Shown: piece by piece, positions 11,395 to 24,281 of the stretch
How the letters are laid out: each line of letters opens with the position of its first letter
How positions within the stretch are numbered: the first letter of the stretch is position 1
Origin: Guillardia theta CCMP2712
Lineage: Eukaryota; Protista; Cryptophyta
DNA: 64,000 nucleotides
NCBI RefSeq assembly: GCF_000315625.1
Contig: NW_005434576.1
Span: 138,033 to 202,032, forward strand
Reading direction: 5' to 3'
Notes under the pieces: model-generated
What the model saw: the letters and a program-made list of their open reading frames with translations, nothing else
Database searches by the model: none
What the model was told of the DNA's origin: nothing
Made by a program: the position numbers and the translations under genes

Positions 11395-14300
11395 GGAGGA
11401 GGAGGAGGAGGATTACAAAGAGGAGGAGGATCAGGTGTACTAGGAGGAGGAGGACGAGGAGGAGGAAGAGAAGGAGGGGAAGGAGAAGAAGAGTAGGGTA
11501 GACAACATTTCTCTGAGCAAACAACAACCGATACGTGTCAACAAGGAGACATTCTCAGGAATTTCTACCCAGGTGAAGAGATAGATGGGAGGCAAGGCGA
11601 TGCTCCTAGCTGGGGCAGGGCGGAAGGGGTCGAAGAAGTTGGAGGGAGTTTCTTTGAGGAGGAAAAGAAGTTGAAAACCATGCCGAGGAATGACAGCAAT
11701 CTTAACGTCGGAAGGTCTCCATGAAACAGTAAGAACGTGGTACGACCCCACCCACTTGTTGTCCTGACGATGATGACGATGATCGTACGAACGAGGGCGA
11801 GGAGGAGGAGGAGGAGGAGGAGGAGGAGGAGGAGGAGGAGGAGGAGGAAGGGGGAGGAGGAGGAGGAAGGGGGAGGAGGAGGAGGAGCAAGAGCAAGAGC
11901 AAGAGCAAGAGCAAGAGGGAGGGCAAAAGATGAGTCCAAAACGGAACGAGGATGAATTGGATGAGAAGAAAACGAAAGTGAGAGATAAGAGTAAGTCAGT
12001 CATCACTTTCCTCATATGAATGACGATAATGAAACCTGACAGATGGTCGGGAAGGGGCATTGATGGCAAGAGCAGTTGAAGATGTCGTAACATGAGCACG
12101 TCTGAACCTGTTGCAAGGGTGGTTGTAAGATTTTCTCCTTGACATGTCCGACAACGGAGAATTAAAGCACAATATCATTCATGATGAGCGGTTGAAAAGA
12201 AGCAAAGCACGGAGAAAGCACAAACACGAGAACAAGTCACGCGACATTGCAAAGAGATGGAAAGAACACGTTCACGATCACAAGATTCGAAACAGTGTTC
12301 AAACACAATGCACATGACTACCTGACTTGTGATCTTCAAATCTGTGAAGACGGTAGGATTCAACAAGACAAGATCAAGTCGATCCAACGGATTTGCATCA
12401 ACAAGCTGAATCTGCAAGGTACCAACTTGGTTGTTGCTACATCATCTCAGTCAGGTGTTGTTAGATTGTTCAAACAGAACTGTCCCATCACCCGAACTCA
12501 AAGATCTGCATGGCTGCATCCTTCATAGAAGCACTTCCCCCCGTCTGATAATTGAGGCCCGCAAGTCTGTCCATGTATGAGGCTCCGCTGACTGGATAGA
12601 GGAGTTTTCAGCAAGGGATAAGATCGATATCTGCCCTCACCGACTGCTTCTGATTCCGTCTGGTAAAAGGTCGACGTCATTGCGGTCGTATCGTTGAAAG
12701 ACCTGAAGAAAATATCAGACAATGCTCACAAGGTGGCACAAGGTGGAGAGCATTTGCCAAGTTGCTGGGGTCAAATGAAAACGAAACTCGAACGTTGCTG
12801 AACATGTTTACAACCATGAACAACAGCACGCACAGCATCACATCGACATTCGAATGAGATGAGGGAAAATGTCTCTTCTCACCAATAGTACGCAAGTCCG
12901 TTCTGTTTGCATCTTGACAACAAGCTCGCATTGCAAGCTGTCTCGAAAGCATCCATGCTCAACTGCCATCCTTCTCTCACCTGACCCAAGAGCGTCATTC
13001 CTCTCCCTTCCTTGTCCGCACGTCTTTCATTACAGTCTCCCAGATTCGTATCTCGTCCATATTTCCGCTCAGGTACGAAGTTTGTCCCATTGCCTGTCAA
13101 AGTGAAAGGTGCGTCAGGTAACGTGAAACGTTTTCTGCTCTACCTGAAAATCTGCTCGGCCCCCGAGGGAGATCTTGTTGACGTTTCCTGTGCCATCCAT
13201 CTTTCAACGACGATGCTCAAGAAGGAAGTGACCACCTGATCGGATCAGCGGAGGCAAGACGACGCTGTTTACTTGTTTTGCATCCACGTAGAACTGATCA
13301 GGGTTGTCAAGTCATACTTGCCCAGCGATGAAGATGAAGAACACTGACGTACTTTCATCGTTCCGTTGCTGTATGTTGCTGATCGATGGAGCAATCAATC
13401 GCACATCAAGGAACATGTCAAAGTTCGAGCTGACCTGAGATGTGCGTCCATGTACCGAACACGATGCTCTGACTCTCCGAGGTTATCTGAAAACTCAGTT
13501 GGTCATTCAAAACCTCAACAAACTGATCAGCTTGCCTGATAAAGAGTGTTGGATGATGACACAACGAAGCCTGCTCGTTCGGTCTGAGTGTTACAAAGAC
13601 AAACATCCTCCCCTGAGGTAGAGGAGAAAGACACACCGCAATAGGGATTTGCGCTAGTCTGTCCGCAAAACAGCAAGAAACCTTCGTTTGTAGAGGATGA
13701 TCTGAAAGAGGGTCTCAGCAGTGCCTCGATAACCCAATGATGCTATCAGTGTACGAGCTCATTCCGCATTGAACAGAGCAGGATCCAAGGTATGAAGTAC
13801 CGCCGCAATCTATCACAATACTCGTCAAACGGTGCACAACTACCCGATGGGAGGAATTTCATAATTTCCTACTTGTCAGATTCAAGCAGCTCGTCGTGCT
13901 CACTGTGTTCAGCGTCCCAACAATGTAGTTGATGTCGCTCGCTGGCGTCTTCTGCACTAGCCGAACCTGTTGCTTCTTCATCATGCCTTCAGCAGGCCAA
14001 AGCGCTTTGTATCACCCAAGCCTGAACCGCCAAGTCCTGTGTGTTCAAAACTGCAAAATGGCCCACATCAAAAGAGGAGCAAGGAGCAGGAGATGGTGTT
14101 CGTACCTGGACTGGAAACCTCTACAGGAGCATTCCATGTCGTCCCAGAGACCGGCGGAGTGACCATAATGGAATATCCTGCCAGCTCAGATCAACATCCC
14201 CCAGGGCCCCTTTGCACCGTACAACACATCACTTCCACAGGCCTGAGGCTCCCTCACCGTTGAGGGCAGCAATCCCTCCCTCTCCCTCTCCTCACTCCCC

Positions 14301-14399
14301 AGCCATCCTCCTACCTGCTCGGCCTGCTGGCGTCTGCCCCATCACCATCGTCAGCCGCATGACGAGCAGCGCTGCGGCTCCCCGCCATCTTGGCGCCAT
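9126..14399 (-). CDS. Gene B: paralogue of gene A (signal peptide + LamG + 2 LysM)
   Basis: Same exon 1 as gene A. Diverged LamG motifs: DLAVQAW|VRLVQK, GTWTHISG, QFYVDAK, LSGNMDEIRIWET. LysM exons are shared with A. It has its own terminal exons, GNTSSILILPGEK|VCVVSSVCRVECSSSECKLR*, with stop at 9126-9128. Confidence 0.7.
9373..10667 (-). repeat. About 1.3-kb inner inverted repeat, right arm
   Basis: Reverse complement of 7108-8408. A low-quality-looking, C-run-rich patch lies at about 10130-10360. Confidence 0.95.
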
Positions 14400-14446
14400 G
14401 ATGAGGTGAAGCAACGGATTTCACTCTTCTTGACAACCCATCCCGG
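14285..14446 (-). repeat. 162-bp outer inverted repeat, right arm
   Basis: Reverse complement of 2917-3078. Confidence 0.95.
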
Positions 14447-14470
14447 AACTTCGACTCCTCTGAGGCGAGT
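14447..14470 (+). repeat. 24-bp direct repeat, right copy
   Basis: Identical to 2893-2916. Confidence 0.95.
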
Positions 14471-14474
14471 GTGG

Positions 14475-14975
14475 CGTGGCAAATATTATCCGACCGGATA
14501 CCGGGCCCGGCCCAGGCTGACCGTACACCGTGGCACTCAGTGACTGAGAGCGGGCGCCTCTGAGTCGGCAGTCACGGGGCCCGGCCCGCGGCCGGGGCCG
14601 GCGGGGGAGCCTCGGAGCCTGGCCCCCGCGGGGGCGGGGCTACCGTACTACCCGGCGGGCCCGGCCGCTAAACCCGCGGCCCGCGGCGCCGTGTCACGTT
14701 GTGGCCAAAGTGCCAATGTGCCTCCGGGGCCCGGGTGGAGGGGGGGCCCGGGCCGCGGCGTGGCAATTAAGTTCGGCCAGCGCCCGGAACCCGGCGTTCC
14801 GGGAACTTTGCCAGGTTTCCGTGCTGCGGGACGGTCGACCGGAGTCGGCGGAATGTCACACGGTGTTCCGCGGGTTCAACATGATAGCCTGAGCCCATTT
14901 GATGCCCGGCCCTTGAATGTGCCGCCCACCGCTCCAACGGTGCCAGCCTTCCCCACCCGCGGCCCTTACACGCGC
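14475..14975. promoter_or_regulatory. GC/CCGG-rich island upstream of gene B
   Basis: Dense CCGG/GGCC/CCCGGG and CAGTGAC/TGAGTC words immediately 5' of the gene B start. Similar islands precede other genes in the window. Confidence 0.4.
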
Positions 14976-15114
14976 TAGAACGCAGCACAGAGGAGTTGCC
15001 TTGGTGTGTGTGATGGAGTGAACTGGAAAATGAGATCGAATTGAAGTAGGCTTTCAAAGTTAGTGTAAACAGAGAGGGCAAATATCTTTCAACTTAGATT
15101 TTAGCACGTCAAGA

Positions 15115-15789
15115 TCAAGCTATCGAGGGAACAAAGTGCAGCATCATCAGGCACATCATGCTCAGAACAAATAGGATGGGTATAGTCCACCAAGACCACA
15201 CCGGCCAGAGTGCAATGGGGAAAGAGACTGCTGAAGTGACAACACAGATGGCAGCTAGCCCGATGGCCCTTTTCACAGGCTTGCTGTGCGGGTTCCCCGC
15301 ATCTCTAGAATTGTAAGCTGTCTCCCACTGAATGTTATGCACGATTGCAAGCCAGAATATAAGATAGATCATCACTATGAGTACTGCAACACAACACAAC
15401 AAAGCAAGGTTCAGGAAAAACCGATTCACCCTATCATCAACTAGCACCACTTGAACGAACTCAGTAGCGTTGAGAACAGCAAATCCTGCAATGAGCCAGC
15501 AGATTGCCTCGACTTTGCTCTTGATCTGCGCCTTTCTTGATCTCAAGTACTTGTTGTGCCAGTAATCTTCAACTCGGTTCCATTCGGCCGTTCCATGATT
15601 CGTGTTCGGGCGCAATCCTGGAATCTTGGTGATCTTTTCTGCATCCGCAAGAGCGTTCAAGATATTCTCCGCGACCTTTCTGCCCTGGGGAACCCTCGAT
15701 CGCATTTCATTCTCAGGCGCATCTTGTTGCACGCTTGGGTTGGAAGAAAGTAGGGTGTCAGTCTCATTTGCATGATCGTCCTTCTCCAT
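15115..15789 (-). CDS. TMEM128-like four-TM membrane protein (intronless coding region)
   Basis: About 224 aa with four hydrophobic segments. The C-terminal IALWPVWSWWTIPILFVLSM resembles the TMEM128 ALWPVW motif. Confidence 0.65.
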   Translation of the reverse strand: MEKDDHANETDTLLSSNPSVQQDAPENEMRSRVPQGRKVAENILNALADAEKITKIPGLRPNTNHGTAEWNRVEDYWHNKYLRSRKAQIKSKVEAICWLIAGFAVLNATEFVQVVLVDDRVNRFFLNLALLCCVAVLIVMIYLIFWLAIVHNIQWETAYNSRDAGNPHSKPVKRAIGLAAICVVTSAVSFPIALWPVWSWWTIPILFVLSMMCLMMLHFVPSIA

Positions 15790-17031
15790 GCTGATCAAGC
15801 TGTCAAAAACAAAAGTAAGCGGGTATGAACATGTGAAAATCATTGTCGACATCATTTGCTGCGATATTTACCACACTTCAACGGCAGTCAAAAGTGTGCG
15901 AGAGGGTCCCAACCCTAGATTTCGCTACCTTGTTTGCATACTGAATTTAGGCACCGTATTTACTTGAATTTTGATGATTGATATAATAAACACAATCATA
16001 GCAAAACAGGGAGAGTTGACATGGAATCATTGCGAGGAGGATCAGTGTTGACAACAACGGAGCAGAAAAGGAAGGAGCAAATGCGATGAATACATAAATT
16101 AGGGACAAACGAGTGAAAATCTGGATCTATTGAGGATGTGCAGATCGATTCTGCAATTGGCTATCATGTACGCGTTCTTGATCGCTCTCGCCACTCTCTT
16201 GTATGCCCTCTACCATACTTCGCTCCTGCTGACCGACCCGACCAACTTCCGTTCAGCACATTGTCCTTCTGAGGCGGACTCAGCGACCTGGTTTGTGTGT
16301 GAAATTCAGACGGAGGGGTAGTAAGACTCCAGGGGTCAGAAAGTATGGTGGTTACGAGGACAAGAATATGGATAATTAAGGGGTGGGTCTTTTGATGAGG
16401 GGTCATGTAATTAAGTGGGGTGGGGGATGCTGTAGGAGGGTATTTTAAATATGAACATGGTACAGATAATAATTCTGAATCTGTACTGAATTGAGGGATC
16501 CTTCTGGTTCTTTTGTATTGAAAATCACTTCAATATATATAATAGTAACAAAAAAAGATACAAATTTTGTTCAGAATTAACTTATTTCAAAATTCCAAAA
16601 AAGCTACCAGATTTTAAAAGTGGACACCATTGGGAGACCACACAATCATACAGCGTAATCTACCCTACCCTACCAATTAAGCATAAACTTGGGTAATGAT
16701 CAGGGGTATCCTTAGTACCCCGACCACCCTGCCCATCCCCTGAGTGCTCATCATAGACGTCACAAGGCAATGCTACCCTACCTTCGACACGACATACCCC
16801 CCAGACCATCTTGTGATGAGGACTCTTTCTAGTAATATCTCTGCAAGGCTGCTTATAGTAAGACATTTTATTAAGTAACAGTATCAATAAAAGTTTGATA
16901 CCCACCGATATTCCATCTCTTCCCATATCACCCCGACCTACCCTTGAGAAACAACCCCTGTCAATCAGCTACCCCTACCCCAAAAGATCAATGACACCGG
17001 GTGGGTGGGTGGCCTCCTCACTCACGCGGCT

Positions 17032-17767
<736 letters not shown>

Positions 17768-19333
17768 TACTCTACGCCCACATGGGTAGCGTTCACAACT
17801 CGGGAACTAAGGTGTATAAATTGAAGAATACATGAATCCTTATTGAGCTGCTTTTTAAAAGATGGCAAGCTGCTTTGGGGAATGATGTAATAACAAAGAA
17901 ATTTGATTGGCAGAAATGCAGTTCGCACCCTAACTAGATGCAGGATTTTGAGAACTTGTATCTCGGTTGACATTCCTATTTGACAGAAAGTAGAATGTTT
18001 GAGATGTTGTCTGGATGCAGCGCTTGCATATTACAGTATGCACAATTGTGTGATGTAGTTGATGCCCCATCGATGACCTCCGTGGTTAGTTGCTCATCAT
18101 GCTACAGAGAACTTGATCTCGTCGCAAGACAAAGTACTTGATCCGTCCAAGATGTGAGTTGGCACTATCACCGTCGCAATTGATGTTACTCGGGAGACAA
18201 CGCATGAGAGCAACTAGTTGTTATGACACAAACAACTCTACTCAGTCGCACGCTGCAATATTCCATCCCACTTACTCCGCCCGCTCTCTTGACAAACAAG
18301 ATGGCAAGCCGTTCCTAATCGCTTTCTTCTCCAAAGTCTTCAGAGGGCTCAGAGGATCTGATGCTACAGAACGAAATGAAAGGACAAAGATGTCGGCAGG
18401 AAGAGAGGGGAGAAAGGGATGGGATGTAGAAGGATGGAGAGGAAGTTGAAGGAAGCGGAGAAGGGAGGCAAAGACCAACGAGAGGGAGGAGGACAGGAGA
18501 GACAGAAGGAGGAGAGGAGAGACAGAAGGAGGACAGGAAAGATAGGAGGAGGAGAGGAGAGATAGGAGGAGAGGAGAGACAGGCGGCTGAAACAGGAGCC
18601 GCAAGTTCAGGAAGGGATACAGCATGACGAGAAACCGCAAATGATGGTAGAGCAGCAAGAAGTGGTCAACTTAGGGGGTAGGGTACACATTAGGCGCCCT
18701 CAGTTGGTGGGTCATTGAGTGGAATATAAGGGGGTACTTTATAAATCTATACGGTCCTAAGAGGGTAGGGTGGACGGGCGGGAATGGCGGTGGTTTGAAC
18801 GAGATAGGGACAGGAGGGAGAGGAGGAGGAAGAGGAGGAGGAGAGGAGAGCAGAAGCTTGTGACTTGTTCGAAAACATGAATGTCATATGGGTGCGATCG
18901 AAAGGAATTAGGGTCAGAAGGAAGTGTGCAGGCAGGTACGAAGCTAGGACGTAAAGGTGTCTTGAGGGTACAATTCAAGGAGGTGAGGGGGAGATTGGAA
19001 AATCTCATAGCAAAGCGTCAGGCTGGGGTGTTCTTACACTACAGTTGGTTCTCATGGTCAGAAAATCAGCCTCGTAGACCTGAAAGTCTGTCTGAGAGCA
19101 AAGTGTTCGAAAAAAACCGACATGGTGTAGTAGGGAGGGGAGAGCACGGAATTGTAAGAGAATCTTCTTCAGAATCCTCCTGTTGTATCTTGTCTAATTT
19201 CGATGATTTCCTTCTATGACATTGTAATGTACCTGGTGACAGGTGGAGATGCTACGGATTTACCCTCAGTCCGCACGTCTTTTGTTCAGAGGGAGCCCCG
19301 ATCATTGAGTGTTTGACCTCCACCCTCGCAAGG

Positions 19334-20542
19334 ATGCAAGTGAAACTCGCCGACAAGGATGTAGCCCTCCTTGTGATGGGCTACCTGCAAGACAGAGGTT
19401 GGCTGAGCGCGATGACAGCTATGGAGGAGGAGAGCGGCTTTCAGATGGAAGACTATGGAAAGGAGCTGAATTTTCTTCGAAAGCTGGTCTTACGAGGAGA
19501 GTGGAAGAACGCGGAGGAGTTCATCAGACCGCTTCAGTCTAGCGTGAAGGAAGACTATGCTCGTGTCCTCTTTGCCGTGCGCAAGCAGCAGTTCCTGGAG
19601 CTGCTCGACGACGCTGAGAGCAGGCCCGAGCTGCCGGAGCTTGTCAAAGTCCTCAAGGGCCTGGAGGAGCTGTGTTCGCGCAGTGAGTTCAAGGAGCTGT
19701 GCTTCTTCCTCACTCTGAGCGACCTGCGCGAGCATGGAGACTATCGCTCTTGGACAGTTTCGCGAGGAAGATACGACACCTTCCAGTCCATGCTCAAAGA
19801 TCTTCACCCACTCTATGGCAGCCTGCCGGACCCCAATTCGACCAGGTTGCACAGCGGAAGGCGCCTCCAACTTCTGCTTGAACGAGCTGTGCTCCATCAG
19901 GCCAGCCAGGTGGCTGGGAGGAACGGAGAGAAGCTGCTGGACGCGTTGGCTGCAACAGGCGTGACATCCATTCCTCTCCCCGTCCTGCACGATGTTTCCC
20001 CTGCGGACTTTGAAGCAGATACCATGAACACATCTGCAGGCGGAGCAGCGTCAAGAAGTGCAGTGCATGCGTCGATAGATTTCTCTAAGACGCAGAAGCT
20101 CCCAGGGTTGAAGGACTTCGCCGAGTACGCAGACGCGAAGTTGAGTGACCTGGGAAAGGAGAAGAAAGATGCACTGATCCTCCCGATCAGGGAAGAGACG
20201 ATACAAGGGGAGAACGTCTTCCCGGAGGGTGAGCGTACTCCTTCCCCGGATCTGAAACTTCACACTCAAGGCCTGGAAGACCTCGGAGAACGAGATGCGT
20301 TGGATGCAGACATGCAGGAGCTGGGCAGTGCCAACGACGTGGCGCGGCAGCAGACGCCGGGGGGCGAGAACAGTCTGGAGGCACCATCACAACGCAACGG
20401 GCAACACCTTGAGGGCGACCCTGAGCAGCGTCTTGAGGCTGTCCAAGAGACACGCCATCCAGAAGACCTCGACAGCTCCAACATGAACCCACAGCAACTT
20501 GCAAGACAGACGATGGAGGATTTCTCCCATCCTCAGGAGGAA

Positions 20543-20574
<32 letters not shown>

Positions 20575-21335
20575 GGGGCAGGAGGAGGAGGGTCACACAC
20601 ACAAGGCGGAAGAGTCCAAGTCTGTGCGCAAGCCTGTTGCATGGACCATTGAGTTCGAGAGCCCTGAGAACGTTGTGCAATCCCCACCCATCATGTCGAG
20701 CTCGAGAGTTCGTCAGTCAGGAGGGATGGGGGTGAGGGGGAGCAGGGAGGGAGCGACGAGGTCAGGGCCGCAGAATAGGAGCAAGGAGAATCTCTCCTCG
20801 AGCAAGGGGAACGCGAAGAAGTCGGTGTCGACCGTCGGGCCTCTGGGAGGGACAGTCAAGAATGTGCAGGAGTTTGCCATGGAGGCAAGATTTCAATGCC
20901 TGCTGCTAGAATTTGAAACATCTGACGAGCTTTTGGCCATCAGGGATATCAAAGCGACGAGTCCAACGAGCTTGAGGAGGAGCAAGAGGTGAGAGGCTGT
21001 TGGCGCGTCGAAACTTTTGACGATCTTGACAGTATGAGAGGACGGGAGGCAGTCAGGTAACCCGAGAACCCTTGAGGCGAGCTCAGAAGGTTTAGCCTTA
21101 CCTCACTTCCTACAGGCATGGACCATAGACAACGACGATTTCTCCTCACACAACTTCACCTTTGAGCATCAGGCGTCAAGACCTCCCTCGTCCAAGAACC
21201 GCCCGTCCTCCTCCTCCTCTCTCGCTTCTGACCGCTCGGGCTCCAACAAGCAGAACCCAATTCACACCCACCCACCGATACGAGAGCAAGCGGCTCCGAA
21301 GGGCTTCAAGGAGCAGAGCAGCAAGGCATTCTCTC

Positions 21336-21387
<52 letters not shown>

Positions 21388-24075
21388 TGGAGCAGGTGGA
21401 GGAGCAGGAGCAGACTGGAAGCGGGCGGCTCCTCATCGGACAGCTCCTCCTGACTCGCACTCGCATCATTTTCCAGAGGCTCGGCAGACCAACGTGAAAG
21501 TGATGAAGCAGAGCATCGTGACTGATGACGCTGGGGGCTACGAAGGCTTCGAAACCTTGGACCCTTCGGCCATGAAGGAGATCGACGTCCTCCAAGACTC
21601 TCAGGTTCCCACCCGCTTCGTCCTCTTGGATCTCACACGGGCATGAAGGTGATACGAACTGTCACGTGGAGCACCGCCCCGGACTCCAGGTGACCTGCCC
21701 GCCTTGCTTCCTTCTTGCATTCCTGCCTTCCTGCTTGCCTGCCTTGTTGCTCCTTGCCTGCCTGCCTGCCTTCCTAACGATCAACAGCTGCTCTCTGATC
21801 GCCTCATACAGCATGTTCGTATATGGAACAACCTCCAGGGCCCTCAAGTTCGCAGAGGCTTCGGCTCAGAGAGGAATCTCGGTCTGACTCTCCTCCCCCC
21901 TCCTCCTCCCTTGCTCCCTCGCCTTCCCTCGCTCCCTCGCTCCCTTCTCTCCCCTCCCTCCCCTTCCTACCTTACTGCCCATGTTGACTGTGATACCATG
22001 GAACAGCTCTTGCAGGAGCTGCCCGACTACCATGCCGGCTCCATCTACGCCATCTCGTGGCACCGCCATGGCGACCTCCTGGCCACGGGCTCCAACGACA
22101 AGCAAGTGCAAGTGGTAAGGGTCAGCAGGAGGGGAGAGGGCGGGGGTTGACGCCATGACAGACGAAGTTGACGGTGGAGAGGGACGGGGGCTTCTCTCAC
22201 TCCACCCCCGTCCACCTCCAGGGGCACACCGGGACCGTCCGATGTGTCGAGTGGTGTGACAGTCTCAGCCCCTCCTGCCTCCTTTCTGCTGGCGCCGGCG
22301 ATTGTGCCGTCCGCCTGTGGGACTTCAGCAGGAAATCTTGCCTTGCGATGCTACAGGGACATACGGATCACATCCAGGTTTCGTTTCCTACTCCCTCTCC
22401 CTCTCCCTCTCCCTCTCCCACTCCCTCTCGCCCTCTCCCGCTACCTGTCCCTGCTCTCTTCAGAAAAGGACGAGCGCATGCACGAGAAGAAGAGATCTGA
22501 AGGCGAATGAGGAGATGCAGACTGACGAAGCTGGATCACCACAAACAAGGACCTGGCGACCACGCGCTGACAGGTCGAGGACAGGAAGAGGCTGACCTGC
22601 AAATGAGAGGAAGAGCTAACCCTAAACTTGCAGCCTTCGCAAACCAAACCGAGTGCTCGCTCTGACACTGAGACTTCGACCTCCCCCTCACCTGTCCCCT
22701 CTCCCTCTTCCTGTTCCTGTTCCTCCTCCCCCTTTCTGGTTCTGCTTCCCTCTTCCTGCTCTTGTTCTCCCCCTTCCTCTCCCTCCTTTTCCTTCTCCTC
22801 CCCATCTCANNNNNNNNNNNNNNNNNNNNNNNNNNNNNNNNNNNNNNNNNNNNNNNNNNNNNNNNNNNNNNNNNNNNNNNNNNNNNNNNNNNNNNNNNNN
22901 NNNNNNNNNNNNNNNNNNNNNNNNNNNNNNNNNNNNNNNNNNNNNNNNNNNNNNNNNNNNNNNNNNNNNNNNNNNNNNNNNNNNNNNNNNNNNNNNNNNN
23001 NNNNNNNNNNNNNNNNNNNNNNNNNNNNNNNNNNNNNNNNNNNNNNNNNNNNNNNNNNNNNNNNNNNNNNNNNNNNNNNNNNNNNNNNNNNNNNNNNNNN
23101 NNNNNNNNNNNNNNNNNNNNNNNNNNNNNNNNNNNNNNNNNNNNNNNNNNNNNNNNNNNNNNNNNNNNNNNNNNNNNNNNNNNNNNNNNNNNNNNNNNNN
23201 NNNNNNNNNNNNNNNNNNNNNNNNNNNNNNNNNNNNNNNNNNNNNNNNNNNNNNNNNNNNNNNNNNNNNNNNNNNNNNNNNNNNNNNNNNNNNNNNNNNN
23301 NNNNNNNNNNNNNNNNNNNNNNNNNNNNNNNNNNNNNNNNNNNNNNNNNNNNNNNNNNNNNNNNNNNNNNNNNNNNNNNNNNNNNNNNNNNNNNNNNNNN
23401 NNNNNNNNNNNNNNNNNNNNNNNNNNNNNNNNNNNNNNNNNNNNNNNNNNNNNNNNNNNNNNNNNNNNNNNNNNNNNNNNNNNNNNNNNNNNNNNNNNNN
23501 NNNNNNNNNNNNNNNNNNNNNNNNNNNNNNNNNNNNNNNNNNNNNNNNNNNNNNNNNNNNNNNNNNNNNNNNNNNNNNNNNNNNNNNNNNNNNNNNNNNN
23601 NNNNNNNNNNNNNNNNNNNNNNNNNNNNNNNNNNNNNNNNNNNNNNNNNNNNNNNNNNNNNNNNNNNNNNNNNNNNNNNNNNNNNNNNNNNNNNNNNNNN
23701 NNNNNGCTCTTGCTCTTCCTTCCTATTTCTCTTTCCTTCTCCCTCTCTTCTTCTCGTCAGGCTCCTCATTTTCACCCAGGAACCATCGCGTTTGTAGACG
23801 TTGTTGACGGCAGTGTCGCCGCGATCCTCACAGGGCACGAGGACAGGTAGGGAGAGGGGAGGGGGGGGGGAAGGGAGAGGGGGAAGGAGAGGGAGAGAGA
23901 GAGAGAGAGAGAGAGGAGGGACGGGGAGGGAGAGGGGTATGAAGGGTTTGGAGTGGAGATTCTGTGGCGAATGAGGATGTAACATTCTCGCAGAGTTGTT
24001 CAAGCTCGTCCTCATCCCCAACTACCCTGGACGCTCTCATGCAGTGTTGACAAGACTGTCCGACTTTGGGGATGA
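19334..24075 (+). CDS. WDR47: WDR47/nemitin-like LisH-CTLH-WD40 protein (spans an assembly gap)
   Basis: N-terminal LisH/CTLH region (DVALLVMGYLQDRGWLSAMTAMEEESG...LRKLVLRGEWKNAEEFIRPL). WD40 repeats HAGSIYAISWHRHGDLLATGSNDK and GHTGTVRCVEW. Terminal GHEDR|VVQARPHPQLPWTLSCSVDKTVRLWG*. Confidence 0.8.
22810..23705. other. Assembly gap (N run)
   Basis: Run of N. Confidence 1.
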
Positions 24076-24281
24076 AGAAGTAGAGGAGGAGAGGAGAGGA
24101 GCGGAGCGGACAAAACAGGACAGGACAGGACATGACAGGACAGGACAGGACAGGACATGACAGGACAGGACAGGAGCGGAGGAGAGGAAAAGAGAGGAGA
24201 GGAGAGGAGAGGAGAGGAGAGGATGTACTAGGAGCATTTATGAGCTAAGAAGTTGAGAGGTGAAGGACTAAATTAAAGGGG

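Noticed and set aside
2917-14446. Autonomous DNA transposon
   Set aside because: No transposase, integrase or recombinase coding sequence lies inside, and the arms are host exon sequence. Kept only as a structural observation.
17900-19250. Possible minus-strand gene between the ubiquitin fusion and WDR47
   Set aside because: Some splice-like signals are present, but no phase-consistent or recognisable protein could be assembled.
22628-24021. Long 360-400-aa ORFs in the track
   Set aside because: Artefacts of reading through the N gap.
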